Assembly: GCA_015489175.1 (NCBI GenBank)
Contig: WGAI01000072.1
Coordinates: forward strand, 2,828 to 66,827
DNA: 64,000 nt
DNA from: a candidate division WOR-3 bacterium
GTDB taxonomy: Bacteria > Hydrothermota > Hydrothermia > B15-G9
Direction: 5' to 3'
Each line of letters begins with the position of its first letter. Position 1 is the first letter of the stretch. The notes beneath the pieces were generated by a model, which saw nothing but the letters and a program-made list of their open reading frames with translations, was not told the origin of the DNA and did no database searches. The position numbers and the translations under genes were made by a program. Shown here piece by piece: positions 1 to 10,303 of the stretch.

Positions 1-36
1 CGGCCGCCGCAGGTTTTTCCTTACCGCTGAACCGGA

Positions 37-1761
37 TTAGCGGATGAACACAACCCTCTTGGTCAGGCTTTCGCCGTTTGTGGAGAGCCTGTAGATGTAA
101 ACGCCCTCGGACACGGTTCTGCCGCTGTTGTCGGTTCCGTTCCATGTGACTGTGTGACGGCCAGCATCCACACTTCCGTTGACGAGCGTCCTGACCAGCC
201 TTCCTGTCGCGTCATAGACATCGAGCCTGACATTGCTTCTGTGAGGCACATAGAAGCTGAGCTGTGCCCTGTTCCTGAACGGATTAGGAGTAGCAGCATA
301 GAGCTCGGCGGTTGAGCCTTTCGGCGGGAGAACAGTCCATTCCTCAACACCGGTGAGGCCATACTCTACGACCTTGAGGAAGCCGCAGGCATAAGGTATG
401 CGGGAAACGCTTCCGCTCTCGTAAAGAACCAATGTGACCTCGCCGTTGCCATCGCCATCGAGATCGCCAACTGCAATGTTGGGGCCGATCTGAGTTCTGA
501 CTGTGAGTGTATCCTGAGTAGGTGCGCCAGAGCTGTCGGTTGTGTCGATTATAAGGGTGTCAGCGCGGAAGTTGTTCCAGATGACCTCTTTCGACCAGTT
601 TGCAGGATCGGAGACCGTGCCGCCGTTGAAGGTGTAATCGACGATACCCTCTGAAAGGCTACCAATATAAAGATCAGGTGTATTATCTCCGTCAAGATTG
701 CCCGCCCTCAAACCATAGATTAAGAGGGTGGTGTCGATACCAGTAAGGTCCACAGTATCAACGACGAATGTGTTGTCACCAGTGGATCTAACCACATAGA
801 AATACTGCCTCAGAAGGCCGCCGATCACAAGATCGCCTGCACCATCACCATCTATGTCCGTATATCCCACAGCCTTGCCGTAAGGATAACGGTCAGATGG
901 TGCGAGGCCCTCTGCATGGAATGTTATCTCATACTGATCAGGGCCTACTCCCTCAGCAAGTGCAACACCGATGTTGTTCCATATCGTTATCACGGCTTCA
1001 GGTTTGCCATCGTTATCAATGTCAACAGGTCCAAAGCCAGATGCGGTGCTTCCACCGAACCCCTCAACCGATCTCCTGATAACGGTTTCTGGCTGAGTGA
1101 CATAGAAGCCGCTTACATCGCCCATGATCGAGAAAATGTAAGCGTTATCAAAAGGTGTGCTTGCGTTGTTGACCCACAGCACTTCCTGAACGCCATCGTT
1201 ATCGAAATCGCCAACAGCTATATCTTCAGATCTGTATCTGTCGGGATAAATAAGGTTTCCCGTGGAATCGTATTCAAACGCAAAGTCGATAATCTTGGTG
1301 CTGGGAGTGCCGTCGGGGTTGCCGTAGCTGTTGTCTGCACCGTTCCACTCAAACACATACAGGCCTGCATAAGTGGTGTCACCGCTCGGCCCTGTGTATT
1401 CAACGAGGATCTCGCCGTTGCCGTCGCCATCGAGATCGCCGACTTTAACGCTACGGGCAGTTGAATAATAACCTGAGTTCGGAAGCTGATATGTCCAGAC
1501 TTCCTGAAGGGTCTCAGGAGCGACCAGCTCAAACACATGGATGCGACCGCCGTTCTTGTAGTCTGTGAAGATGACCTCAGGCTTGCCATCCTGATCGAGG
1601 TCGGACCCTACGACTATGTCGCGGACATACTGGTTAAAACCAGAAGTATCGGCATAAACGCTGTCATCAGGGCTGTCCGTAGCCCATTCATGCCAGTTCT
1701 GCGCATAGGCATATCCAACCATCAGCGACACAACAACTGCTACTTTTAGCCACTTCATCAT
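37..1761 (-). CDS. Secreted FG-GAP/VCBS-repeat protein with a T9SS type-A C-terminal sorting domain
   Basis: N-terminal signal peptide MMKWLKVAVVVSLMVGYAYA with AGGAGG 6 nt upstream. Repeated DxDGDG/DFDNDG calcium-binding FG-GAP-like motifs. C-terminus PNPF...VRLDVYDATGRLV...GVYIYRL...KRVVFIR matches the T9SS CTD pattern. Confidence 0.7.
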   Translation of the reverse strand: MMKWLKVAVVVSLMVGYAYAQNWHEWATDSPDDSVYADTSGFNQYVRDIVVGSDLDQDGKPEVIFTDYKNGGRIHVFELVAPETLQEVWTYQLPNSGYYSTARSVKVGDLDGDGNGEILVEYTGPSGDTTYAGLYVFEWNGADNSYGNPDGTPSTKIIDFAFEYDSTGNLIYPDRYRSEDIAVGDFDNDGVQEVLWVNNASTPFDNAYIFSIMGDVSGFYVTQPETVIRRSVEGFGGSTASGFGPVDIDNDGKPEAVITIWNNIGVALAEGVGPDQYEITFHAEGLAPSDRYPYGKAVGYTDIDGDGAGDLVIGGLLRQYFYVVRSTGDNTFVVDTVDLTGIDTTLLIYGLRAGNLDGDNTPDLYIGSLSEGIVDYTFNGGTVSDPANWSKEVIWNNFRADTLIIDTTDSSGAPTQDTLTVRTQIGPNIAVGDLDGDGNGEVTLVLYESGSVSRIPYACGFLKVVEYGLTGVEEWTVLPPKGSTAELYAATPNPFRNRAQLSFYVPHRSNVRLDVYDATGRLVRTLVNGSVDAGRHTVTWNGTDNSGRTVSEGVYIYRLSTNGESLTKRVVFIR

Positions 1762-2017
1762 TTATTCCTCCTGTTATTTTGGGTGATTGCTATTTTAAGA
1801 ACTATATGGGCGTTTATCAAGGAATCCGAGGATATCGTTAAAAACATGCGATTTTTGTTATCCACTCTTTGTTCTTCCGCGTCTCATCTTTGCAGAAATT
1901 GTCCTCTTGATCCCAGCTCAAAAATCGACATTTGGCTCAATTCGAACTTTATTTGTTCAGGTTTAAAGAGCTTATCCCTTTGCTTTAAAATCACATTCAA
2001 ACAAAAGGAGGGTTGCT

Positions 2018-3478
2018 ATGGCAGGAAGGAGATGGAACGGTCCTCTCGAAAAAATCGACAATTACAGATGGATGATACCGAAGAGTTACAAACCCGGCAT
2101 GCGCGTTCCGGGGATTATTTACGCTTCGGAAAAGCTGGTTAAGTCCATTGTGCAGGATCAGGCGCCTGAGCAGGTTGCCAATGTGGCTCATCTTCCGGGC
2201 ATCGTGAAGTATTCCCTTGCCATGCCCGACATACACTGGGGGTACGGCTTCCCGATAGGCGGCGTTGCTGCGATGGACTACGATACCGGCGTCATATCTC
2301 CGGGCGGTGTAGGATACGACATCAACTGTGGCGTCCGCGTCGTCCGCACAGATTTGACTAAAGAAGAGGTTATGAAATACATCGATAAACTGCTCGATGC
2401 TGTTTTCAGGAATGTGCCGGCCGGTGTAGGTGTGCCCGGAAAGCTCAGATTTACCGAGTCCGAGCTTCGCGAGATCATGGTTCAGGGTGTCAAATGGGCT
2501 GTCAGAAAAGGATTTGGATGGGATGAGGACCCTGAGCGTATCGAAGAAGGCGGCCAGATGAAGGGCGCTGATCCGTCCAAAGTGTCGCATCGCGCCATTC
2601 AGAGGGGAAGGCCACAGCTCGGTTCACTCGGCGCAGGCAACCATTTCCTCGAAATTCAAGTGATAGACGAGATCTTCGACAAAGAGGTGGCGAAGGCGTT
2701 TGGTCTCGAGAAAGGGCTTGTCACCGTCATGATTCACACCGGATCGCGCGGGTTCGGGCACCAGATCTGCGACGACTATGTCCGAAAACTCGGCAGCGCA
2801 ATGCACAAGTATGGGATTCAGGTCCCTGACCGGCAGCTTGCCTGCGTCCCTATAACTTCACCTGAGGGGCGCGCATATTTCGGCGCAATGGCCGCCGCTG
2901 CCAACTACGCATGGACAAACCGTCAGTTTATCACGCATTGGGTTCGCGAGAGCTTCGAGAAGGTGCTTGGAGTTAGCGCAGAAAAGCTTGGAATGCACAT
3001 CGTTTACGATGTGGCTCACAACATAGCGAAGATAGAGGAGCATATCGTTGATGGCAAAAAGATGAAGCTCGTCGTGCACCGTAAGGGTTCAACCCGCGCA
3101 TTTGCGAAGGGCAGGCCTGAACTCTCTCCGATTTACAGGAATGTGGGACAGCCTGTGCTGATACCGGGCGACATGGGATCCGCATCTTACATACTCGTCG
3201 GGACGGAAAAGGCGATGAAGGAGACATTCGGCTCGACCGCGCATGGCGCGGGCCGCGTGCTTTCCAGAAAGGCCGCTATTCGGGCGACAAGGGGCAGATC
3301 CATCGTGCAGGAGCTCAAGCGGAAAGGCATCAAAGTGCGTGCTCACTCGGATGAGACGCTCAGGGAGGAGGTCCCTGAGGCCTACAAGGATGTTGACATA
3401 GTGGTTGATACCGTCCACAGGGCTGGAATTGCCAGAAAGGTGGCGAGAATGAGGCCGCTTGCCGTGATAAAGGGATAA
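2018..3478 (+). CDS. rtcB: RNA-splicing ligase RtcB
   Basis: Full-length (486 aa) with characteristic RtcB motifs: DINCGVR, GAGNHFLEIQ, HTGSRGFGHQ, GSTAHGAGR. AGGAGGG SD site 6 nt before the ATG. Confidence 0.9.
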   Translation: MAGRRWNGPLEKIDNYRWMIPKSYKPGMRVPGIIYASEKLVKSIVQDQAPEQVANVAHLPGIVKYSLAMPDIHWGYGFPIGGVAAMDYDTGVISPGGVGYDINCGVRVVRTDLTKEEVMKYIDKLLDAVFRNVPAGVGVPGKLRFTESELREIMVQGVKWAVRKGFGWDEDPERIEEGGQMKGADPSKVSHRAIQRGRPQLGSLGAGNHFLEIQVIDEIFDKEVAKAFGLEKGLVTVMIHTGSRGFGHQICDDYVRKLGSAMHKYGIQVPDRQLACVPITSPEGRAYFGAMAAAANYAWTNRQFITHWVRESFEKVLGVSAEKLGMHIVYDVAHNIAKIEEHIVDGKKMKLVVHRKGSTRAFAKGRPELSPIYRNVGQPVLIPGDMGSASYILVGTEKAMKETFGSTAHGAGRVLSRKAAIRATRGRSIVQELKRKGIKVRAHSDETLREEVPEAYKDVDIVVDTVHRAGIARKVARMRPLAVIKG

Positions 3479-3488
3479 AAATTAAATT

Positions 3489-3515
3489 GCGGGCAGGCGC
3501 TTTGCGCCTGCCCGC
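3489..3515. terminator. GC-rich hairpin between the convergent rtcB and S8-peptidase genes; putative bidirectional terminator
   Basis: gcgggcaggcgc-tttg-gcgcctgcccgc perfect stem. On the minus strand it is followed by AATTTAATTTTTAT, a T-rich tract. Confidence 0.5.
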
Positions 3516-3523
3516 ATCAAAAT

Positions 3524-5440
3524 CTACCTTCCAATTACCACCCTGTGCGCTTCCATGAGATGCCCATCGTTGAAAGCTGTCAGAAAATAGACGCCTGATC
3601 TCATTCCGCTGAGTGACATCGAGAAATGGCCGGGCTGCCTGATTTTCTTCTCTCTGACGGTGCGGCCGGCCACATCGATCAACCTGATGCAGTTAACCTC
3701 AGGGCTTTTGACCTCGAACTCAAGCATGTCCGAACCGATTTTCAGGTCGGAACCCACGATGAGAATATCCTTCATGTCGTGTTCCACATCCTCGTTGACA
3801 GCTGACCTCTGGGTTATGATTGCCCTGATGAAGTAGTTGCCATCGGTGTCGTAGCTCCACGATGCCCCTCCGTCCGAGCTGTAAGCGTTGTCCAACGGGT
3901 TCGATACATTGTCCTGCCTGAGGTATGGTGCGTGAGATGTCTCCTGAGAAACGCCAATCCAGAATGTCCCGTTCAATGTTATGCCCTGAGATGTGAGGTC
4001 GATCGTGATCCACTGGTCAGTCCCAACTGCCACAGCTGGAATCTGGAAGTCGCCGTAAGCCAGCAGACTGCCGGGTATGCCTGAATTATCGCTCCATACG
4101 AAGTAGTGCCCGGTCTGGGCGTAAGGTTCAAATCCGATCGGGGTGCCGAAGTAGGCGATTATGGACTGGAGCTGGGAGCTGCGGCTTACCGAATACCTCG
4201 AGGCTTTGATGTATGAGCCCCATTCATTTGCGCAGTAATAGTAAGGCGAGCCATTGTCGTTTGCGAGCGTGTCAATGGACGGATAGGATGCCGCTGCGTT
4301 CACCGCCGCAAGCGCATCGACAACGCCATATCCATAGTAGATATCCCGTCCGGGCGTCCCCATGTCCATTGCTGTCGAGTCCAGAATTGCCCTCACTGCA
4401 GCGCCGTTCAAAGCGGGGTTTTCGCTTATCACGAGGGCAGCCACTCCCGAAGCCATAGGTGTGGCCATGGATGTGCCGCTCATGTAACCGTAGTCGCTGT
4501 AAGGTATTGTTGAATAGATGTTTGTGCCGGGAGCCGTGAGCTCGACCTCAGGGCCGTAATTGCTGTAACCTGCCACCGATGAATCGATATCTATTGCTCC
4601 GACTGCCACGACCGTCGGATATCGCGCAGGATAGTCCACCGAGTCGGCGGCATCGTTTCCGCTCGCCGCAAATGTGATAACACCATGATTTGCAGCGTAT
4701 TGACATGCTTCATCCAGTAGATAATGGCCAGATGGCCCGCCAAGGCTCATGTTAATCACACGCGCTCCATGATCAACTGCCCATGTGATGCCGTCGGATA
4801 TATCATCGACTGTGCCAGAACCCTCTCGATCGAGCACCCTCAGGGAATACAGGCTCACCTGAGCTACACCCGCAATGCCCATGTTGTTGTCCATCTCAGC
4901 TGCGATTATCCCTGCGACATGCGTGCCGTGGTCCTCTGTCACATCGGAGGGCAGCGGGTCGTTGTCGTCGTCCACGAAATCGTATCCCTTGACCGTTCCA
5001 AAATGGCCATCCAGATCCGGATGCGTGTATTGGACACCCTGATCGACGATTGCTACTTTGACATCGGCGCTACCTGTCGTGCTGTCCCATGCCGCAGGCG
5101 TGTGAATGAAAGGTAGCCCCCATTGAAGGTTCCAGAAAGGATCGTTCGGGATGTGCGATGCGTGGTAGTATGTCGTCGGTTCAACATATCTCACTCCCTT
5201 GATGCCCATCAATCGGCTGTAAATCCCGCGATAGTCCTTCGACTTTATCCTGACCACAACATAGTGGAACGGTTTTGTCCTGACCTTTTCTATCCTCAGT
5301 TCATTGTCAAGCGATTTGATTGCGGATACCATTGAAACGGAGTCGATTTCGTGGCTATCGGCGAACCTCACTATTATCCTTGAACTATCCAAGAACGGAT
5401 TGGCTGTTGTCATAAATACGCTCAACACAACACCCATCAT
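3524..5440 (-). CDS. Subtilisin-like serine peptidase (S8 family) with a T9SS C-terminal domain
   Basis: Catalytic triad motifs present: VAIVDQGV...D, DHGTHVAGIIAA (H) and GTSMATPMASGVAAL (S). C-terminal GVYFLTAF...RVVIGR matches the CTD sorting domain. Confidence 0.85.
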   Translation of the reverse strand: MMGVVLSVFMTTANPFLDSSRIIVRFADSHEIDSVSMVSAIKSLDNELRIEKVRTKPFHYVVVRIKSKDYRGIYSRLMGIKGVRYVEPTTYYHASHIPNDPFWNLQWGLPFIHTPAAWDSTTGSADVKVAIVDQGVQYTHPDLDGHFGTVKGYDFVDDDNDPLPSDVTEDHGTHVAGIIAAEMDNNMGIAGVAQVSLYSLRVLDREGSGTVDDISDGITWAVDHGARVINMSLGGPSGHYLLDEACQYAANHGVITFAASGNDAADSVDYPARYPTVVAVGAIDIDSSVAGYSNYGPEVELTAPGTNIYSTIPYSDYGYMSGTSMATPMASGVAALVISENPALNGAAVRAILDSTAMDMGTPGRDIYYGYGVVDALAAVNAAASYPSIDTLANDNGSPYYYCANEWGSYIKASRYSVSRSSQLQSIIAYFGTPIGFEPYAQTGHYFVWSDNSGIPGSLLAYGDFQIPAVAVGTDQWITIDLTSQGITLNGTFWIGVSQETSHAPYLRQDNVSNPLDNAYSSDGGASWSYDTDGNYFIRAIITQRSAVNEDVEHDMKDILIVGSDLKIGSDMLEFEVKSPEVNCIRLIDVAGRTVREKKIRQPGHFSMSLSGMRSGVYFLTAFNDGHLMEAHRVVIGR

Positions 5441-6066
5441 GTTATCATCCTCCCGTTTTTAGTATTTTGTGGGATTATAATGCACAGATTAGGGAAGGTT
5501 CTCAACTGTGAGTTGTATTCCTTTAACCTAAATGTCTTTCTGCGGCGGATGATGTTACTCTAAAAAAGCTGACCATGTCTCGCAAGGTAATACAAACGAT
5601 TAATAAAATCCTGCCCAAGTTTAACGCGAGAAGAGTTTAGGAATTATGAGAAGCAAAGTTGGAATGGGGGGATTACTCAGGATAAAAATAGATAGAAGTT
5701 TTGAGAGGGTATCAGGTCAAATAGAGTTGAAATTTTCCCTGCTGATAAACGGGATATGTGGCATTTAAGTTATTGTGGCACAGGATATAATATGGATTTG
5801 GGTAACATACTTGTTTAGAGAGCGCTCTTTTAATTCCTTGTGTCATAATGATACACTTTGCCAAAGACAAGTTGTGGCTATTTAAGGGATTATGGCAAAA
5901 ATAATACGAGGCAGCATAAACCACCCCGTATCACCTCAGTTTATTTTCAAATTTATATTCCATTGCACGCGTAAACGCATATTTGATAGGAATTTACCCC
6001 ACAAGCGCATTCATAATGACTTACATAACATCCGCTTGGTGCCTGGCATCCTCATAAAGGCTGTGG

Positions 6067-6249
6067 TCAATAGTCATCTGCCTTGCCCAATGAAGTTGCA
6101 CCGGATTTTTTCAACTCTCTCATGCGTTTGAACATGCCAGCCGGAACATGCAAGGGGTGTTCTGGAACCACTGTTTCATTACCTATAACAAGCTCAGGAA
6201 ATACTGTAACCATTTCCGTAGTTTCGAGGTCAACCAGTTTCACTGCCAT
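6067..6249 (-). CDS. Hypothetical small ORF (60 aa) directly downstream of the 74-aa secreted ORF
   Basis: ATG preceded by a weak AAAGGA. It lies in a different frame from the upstream ORF, so it may be a separate small gene or the 3' part of a frameshifted gene. Confidence 0.2.
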   Translation of the reverse strand: MAVKLVDLETTEMVTVFPELVIGNETVVPEHPLHVPAGMFKRMRELKKSGATSLGKADDY

Positions 6250-6276
6250 CTCGATTTTAATGGCATGTTTTTCCTT

Positions 6277-6501
6277 TTAACCCAGCTGAGTTTCAAAAAG
6301 CACATTACCGTGAGCATCTTTAAACCTTAATGTCATAGGGGCACCTATTTGGCCTTTTTCAGTGGACATTTTGAAAGTCACAAGCTTATATGCGGAAGGG
6401 CCGAGATCAGGCACCTCTACTTTACCGGATTTGTGAATCTCCTGTCCCATAAGGGATAACACACCCGCCAACATTACCATTACTGCCATACATTTCTTCA
6501 T
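6277..6501 (-). CDS. Small secreted hypothetical protein (74 aa)
   Basis: AGGAGGTG immediately upstream of the ATG. N-terminal signal-like MKKCMAVMVMLAGVLSLMG. No recognisable family. Confidence 0.4.
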   Translation of the reverse strand: MKKCMAVMVMLAGVLSLMGQEIHKSGKVEVPDLGPSAYKLVTFKMSTEKGQIGAPMTLRFKDAHGNVLFETQLG

Positions 6502-6847
6502 GACTCACCTCCTTGATTTCATATCCAAACTCTATCATTAAGGATGAAAAAAGCAAGAGTTAAAGACACTGTTCGCACCATAGCTAATACATTCGGCCAT
6601 CCGACTTTAGAGCAACTAAAACCTGCTTTTTATACACTGCTCGGTTTTGATAGTCTCAAGGAACCGTGGTCTGATCAAAGCGCAAAACTTGAAATGAACG
6701 GAAAAACCAACAAAACTTCGACCTTCCCCATAGAATTGACGAATTGACGGAGGAGGTATTATCTGAGGGAACAATATCAAACTGGAAGTTAACATATTCC
6801 AACAATTTTTCCATTACTTTATACGGGTTACTTTATATGGGCGGTGA

Positions 6848-6873
6848 GTGGCTCCCGCTCTCGCGGGAGCCAC
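6848..6873. terminator. Perfect 11-bp inverted repeat (gtggctcccgc / gcgggagccac, 4-nt loop) just 3' of pckA
   Basis: Seen directly in the sequence. Downstream on the plus strand is GATGTAGGATTTTAG, which is moderately T-rich. It sits between the convergent small ORF at 6544-6747 and pckA. Confidence 0.35.
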
Positions 6874-6895
6874 GATGTAGGATTTTAGAAGGGTG

Positions 6896-8647
6896 TCAGT
6901 TCACTACGGCTTTTATGATCTCGGGATCCGTTCCGAGCGATTCCAAGAACTCTTTGCGTTCCTTTTTCATGCGTTCCACCCATTCCCTGTATTCGTCGAG
7001 GCGTCCCTGTTTCTCAAAAAGGAGTTTTGGCTGGAGTATTTCGGCAGGAACCTTCTCAAGTAGCTCACTGTTTTCAGGTGCGTTGACATCCACGATCAGG
7101 TATCCGAAATCCGGGTCCTTGATCCATTTGATCGCATCGCGCAGCATGGCCTCAAGCATAGCCGACGAGTGCCTGATTTTGACTTTCAATGCGCGGCCTG
7201 CCTTTTCGTCGAGCGCATCTCCTCCGACATAGCCCGTGTTCATCATCCACGCTACAAGATCTGGCATGTCGGAAGTCAGTTCGAGGTAGCGCTCAGCCAT
7301 CAGGCTGAATCGTCTCGGGAAGAACGGATTTGTGAACGGAGAGCGGGTCTTGCCGCGCTCCTTGCCGGCTGCCGATGTCTTTGATGTCTCGCCCAACAGG
7401 AAATAGCCGGCCGCCTGTGCAGCGGATGAGAACCTCACGATGCCCGGTGTAGCGGCATCATGTCCCTCGTCGCGATTTAATATGCCGATATACTTGAGTG
7501 GCGGTATGTTGTGGAGGTCGGCGGCGTCCTCGATTATCGACATCGGGATGATTGAGCGGCCGTTCTGAGTCCATACCACGAAATCCCATCCGTCTTTGGG
7601 GACGAGATAGCGGTCAACCACATCCTCGGCCTTCACCTCGCCTCTGATGTATTTCTCTACATTCTCCGGCGGCGCGCCAGTGGCTATGAGGATGTCTTTC
7701 CAGCGCTCAACTTCTTCAGGAGTAAGGACATCCTTGGAGAAGTCGTAAGTGCCATCCTCGTTCATGTAAACGTTTTCGACCCAAGCATCGGGATGGACGG
7801 TCCCTTTGTAGATGACCGGCTCAGACTCCGGTTTAAGCCCATAAGTCTTTGCAAAACAGCCGTTTTCTGTGACATTTATCTGTTTGTCGGGCCAGAGGGA
7901 GATCATGTCATCCTGAATTGGCTGTGTCAGTTCCCCCTGCTTCGAGAATGTGGTCGTTGTCTTGCCAGTGCCGGACAGGCCCATTATAGCCATGGTCACG
8001 ACCTTATCGCCTATCTTGACGGCCTTTGCGCCTGCGTGGAACACGAGCCCGCCGAGTTGATACACATAATCGTTCAACAATCTGAGTGCGCCTTTCTTGC
8101 TCTCGCCGAAGTAGTCCGAACCCATCACATAGTTTATGTAGTTATCGAGGTCAACGACCACCGCCATTTTGCCGGGCATATCCTCCACGATAAATCCCGA
8201 TGTATATACGACGGTCAATTTGGGCTGAAACGGTTTTGCAAGCTGCTCAGGTGTCTCCACTTCTTCGCGCGGGAATGCCAGAACCTGCTGCATCCCTGCT
8301 ATATTCGCCGACTCCGGTGTGAAAAGCCACAGGACAGGCACCGCCTTTTCGCCAAGCCCAAGGTAACCCTGAATTTCTATCAGGAATTCGCTGTTTTCAA
8401 TGTATCTTCTTTGCCTCTCGATAAGCTCTTTTGCCTTCTCTGCGTCGATGATGTTATGAGAATACTTATCTTTATCGCTCGGCGGTGCAATCACATAGGT
8501 GTATTTCGCCATCCTTGCTTTAAATCGGGTTATACGGTCAAGATTGCCGTATGCTGATTTGAGTATTGGATGGGAATATTTGATTGCAAGCTCCCTTAAC
8601 TCCTTCTGTGACGGATTTACTATCCTTTTTACTTTGTAGTTAAGCAT
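6896..8647 (-). CDS. pckA: Phosphoenolpyruvate carboxykinase (ATP-dependent family)
   Basis: Kinase-1a motif GLSGTGKTT, the DD..W / NGCFAKTYGL block (compare E. coli LIGDDEHGW...GGCYAK) and FTNPFFP. Length 583 aa. The N-terminal ~200 aa diverges from the enterobacterial PckA. Confidence 0.8.
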   Translation of the reverse strand: MLNYKVKRIVNPSQKELRELAIKYSHPILKSAYGNLDRITRFKARMAKYTYVIAPPSDKDKYSHNIIDAEKAKELIERQRRYIENSEFLIEIQGYLGLGEKAVPVLWLFTPESANIAGMQQVLAFPREEVETPEQLAKPFQPKLTVVYTSGFIVEDMPGKMAVVVDLDNYINYVMGSDYFGESKKGALRLLNDYVYQLGGLVFHAGAKAVKIGDKVVTMAIMGLSGTGKTTTTFSKQGELTQPIQDDMISLWPDKQINVTENGCFAKTYGLKPESEPVIYKGTVHPDAWVENVYMNEDGTYDFSKDVLTPEEVERWKDILIATGAPPENVEKYIRGEVKAEDVVDRYLVPKDGWDFVVWTQNGRSIIPMSIIEDAADLHNIPPLKYIGILNRDEGHDAATPGIVRFSSAAQAAGYFLLGETSKTSAAGKERGKTRSPFTNPFFPRRFSLMAERYLELTSDMPDLVAWMMNTGYVGGDALDEKAGRALKVKIRHSSAMLEAMLRDAIKWIKDPDFGYLIVDVNAPENSELLEKVPAEILQPKLLFEKQGRLDEYREWVERMKKERKEFLESLGTDPEIIKAVVN

Positions 8648-8739
8648 GACAGCCTCCTATTGGCCTGAAATTTTATCTCAAATAGCTCCAGATAACCACA
8701 TTTTTAAACAGGTTTAACCTTATTCGATTTTCTCGTCTA

Positions 8740-9927
8740 TCACTCGATGACCTCTGTTACGATACCGACGCCGATTGTTTTGCCATCCTCACGGACAGAA
8801 AACCTGAGCCCTCTCTCGATCGCGACGGGATAATCAAGTTCAATTTCAAGGGTAACATGTTCGCCGGGGATAACCATCTCGTGGGTATCTGGCAGTTTGA
8901 TGGTGCCCGTAAATTCTCTTGTCCTGAAGTAGAACCCTGGACGATAGCCGTTGAAGAACGGCGTGTTACGGCCGCCCTCTTCTTTTTTCAAGACATAGAC
9001 CTGAGCTCGGAACTTTTTGTGAGGGCTGATGTTGCCGGGCTTTGCGACAACCATGCCGCGCTCGACATCATCCTTCTCAATTCCACGGAGAAATATACCC
9101 ACATTGTAATTAGGAAACGCCTCATCGAGGATTTTGCGGAACATCTGGATGGATGTCACAACTGTCCTGATAGGTTTGTCCCTAAATCCAACCACCTCAA
9201 CTTCTTCCCCAAGAGCAAGTCTGTCGCGTTCAACATGACCGGTCACCGCTGTGCCACGACCGGCGATTGAGACGACATCTTCAATTGCCATGAGGAATGG
9301 TTTGTCAAGTTCGCGGACAGGAGCAGGAATGTAATTATCGAGAGCGTCTAAAAGCTCCTGAATAGGTTTATACCACTTGCAATTGGGGTTATCGCCGCAC
9401 TCTTCGATCGCTTTAAGAGCGGAACCTTTGATCACAGGAACCTCATCCCCCGGGAATCCATACTCGTTAAGCAGGTCGCGAACCTCCATCTCGACCAACT
9501 CGACGAGCTCAGGATCATCGACCATATCGATCTTGTTGATGAACACGATGATGTAAGGCACATTAATCTGACGGGCGAGGAACACATGCTCATGAGTTTG
9601 AGGCATAACGGACTCCGTGGCGTCAATTACAAGGATAGCGCCGTCCATCTGTGCGGCACCGCTGATCATGCCGACAATGTAATCCGTGTTTTCTTGATAG
9701 TCTATGTGACCGTATCTACGCCCACGTGTTTCATACTCGATCTGCATTATTGTAACCAAACCACGAGCGTCTATCCTGCTCATCCTTTTAATTTCACTAT
9801 AAGGAACATAATTGGTCGTTCCATGAAGGGACAGATATCTGGTTATGGCAGAAGCGAGAGTGGTTTTTCCATGTCCAATATGCCCTATCGTCCCTACAAG
9901 CAGATAAGGTTTTATTCTTACTGTCAC
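8740..9927 (-). CDS. EF-Tu-like GTPase paralog with a degenerate switch II (DCPGH replaced by DYQEN)
   Basis: Roughly 50% identity to EF-Tu along the whole length: GHIGHGKTT (G1), NKID (G4), SAL (G5), [22 protein letters not shown] and a GGR.TPFF.GYRP.FYFRT C-terminal domain. The universally conserved HVDCPGHADY is [10 protein letters not shown] here. The likely start is GTG at 9927 with GGAGGTGA upstream; the ORF-track extension to 9996 has no RBS. Confidence 0.85.
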   Translation of the reverse strand: MTVRIKPYLLVGTIGHIGHGKTTLASAITRYLSLHGTTNYVPYSEIKRMSRIDARGLVTIMQIEYETRGRRYGHIDYQENTDYIVGMISGAAQMDGAILVIDATESVMPQTHEHVFLARQINVPYIIVFINKIDMVDDPELVELVEMEVRDLLNEYGFPGDEVPVIKGSALKAIEECGDNPNCKWYKPIQELLDALDNYIPAPVRELDKPFLMAIEDVVSIAGRGTAVTGHVERDRLALGEEVEVVGFRDKPIRTVVTSIQMFRKILDEAFPNYNVGIFLRGIEKDDVERGMVVAKPGNISPHKKFRAQVYVLKKEEGGRNTPFFNGYRPGFYFRTREFTGTIKLPDTHEMVIPGEHVTLEIELDYPVAIERGLRFSVREDGKTIGVGIVTEVIE

Positions 9928-10303
9928 GGCAATCACCTCCAGACTTTTGAACCGTTTTATCCAACACAGTACATTGCAAATTCCTTTCCAGCGCACAAGG
10001 TAATGCGATTAGTTTTTATTTAACTTTAAGCGATCGCCGCGTGTCAAGCTTGTGATGGGCAGAGCGTGGCATGTGGAAGTGGGGATTAGAAAAGCTCTTA
10101 GTGGATGAATTCACAGGAAGTAGGTTTATTAGTCCAGCCTCACAATTTGCACAACAGGTCGATGCATAAACTGGTTCTGGGATCAAAACAAACTCCCCTT
10201 GAAAATCGGTATTCCGTTTCTAAGAAATTTTGCAGGTAACAATTGAGCTCTATAAACTTTTTAAACTTAATTTTGAACTCATGTTAAAACGAGGAGGTTG
10301 GTC

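Noticed and set aside
7793-8557. 254-aa plus-strand ORF
   Set aside because: Antisense to pckA, whose kinase motifs are unambiguous. Cys/His-rich low-complexity translation.
9928-9996. 5' extension of the EF-Tu-like ORF (MRWKGICNV...)
   Set aside because: GGAGGTGA lies inside the extension, directly before GTG 9927. The EF-Tu alignment begins about 12 aa before the G1 motif, consistent with the GTG start.
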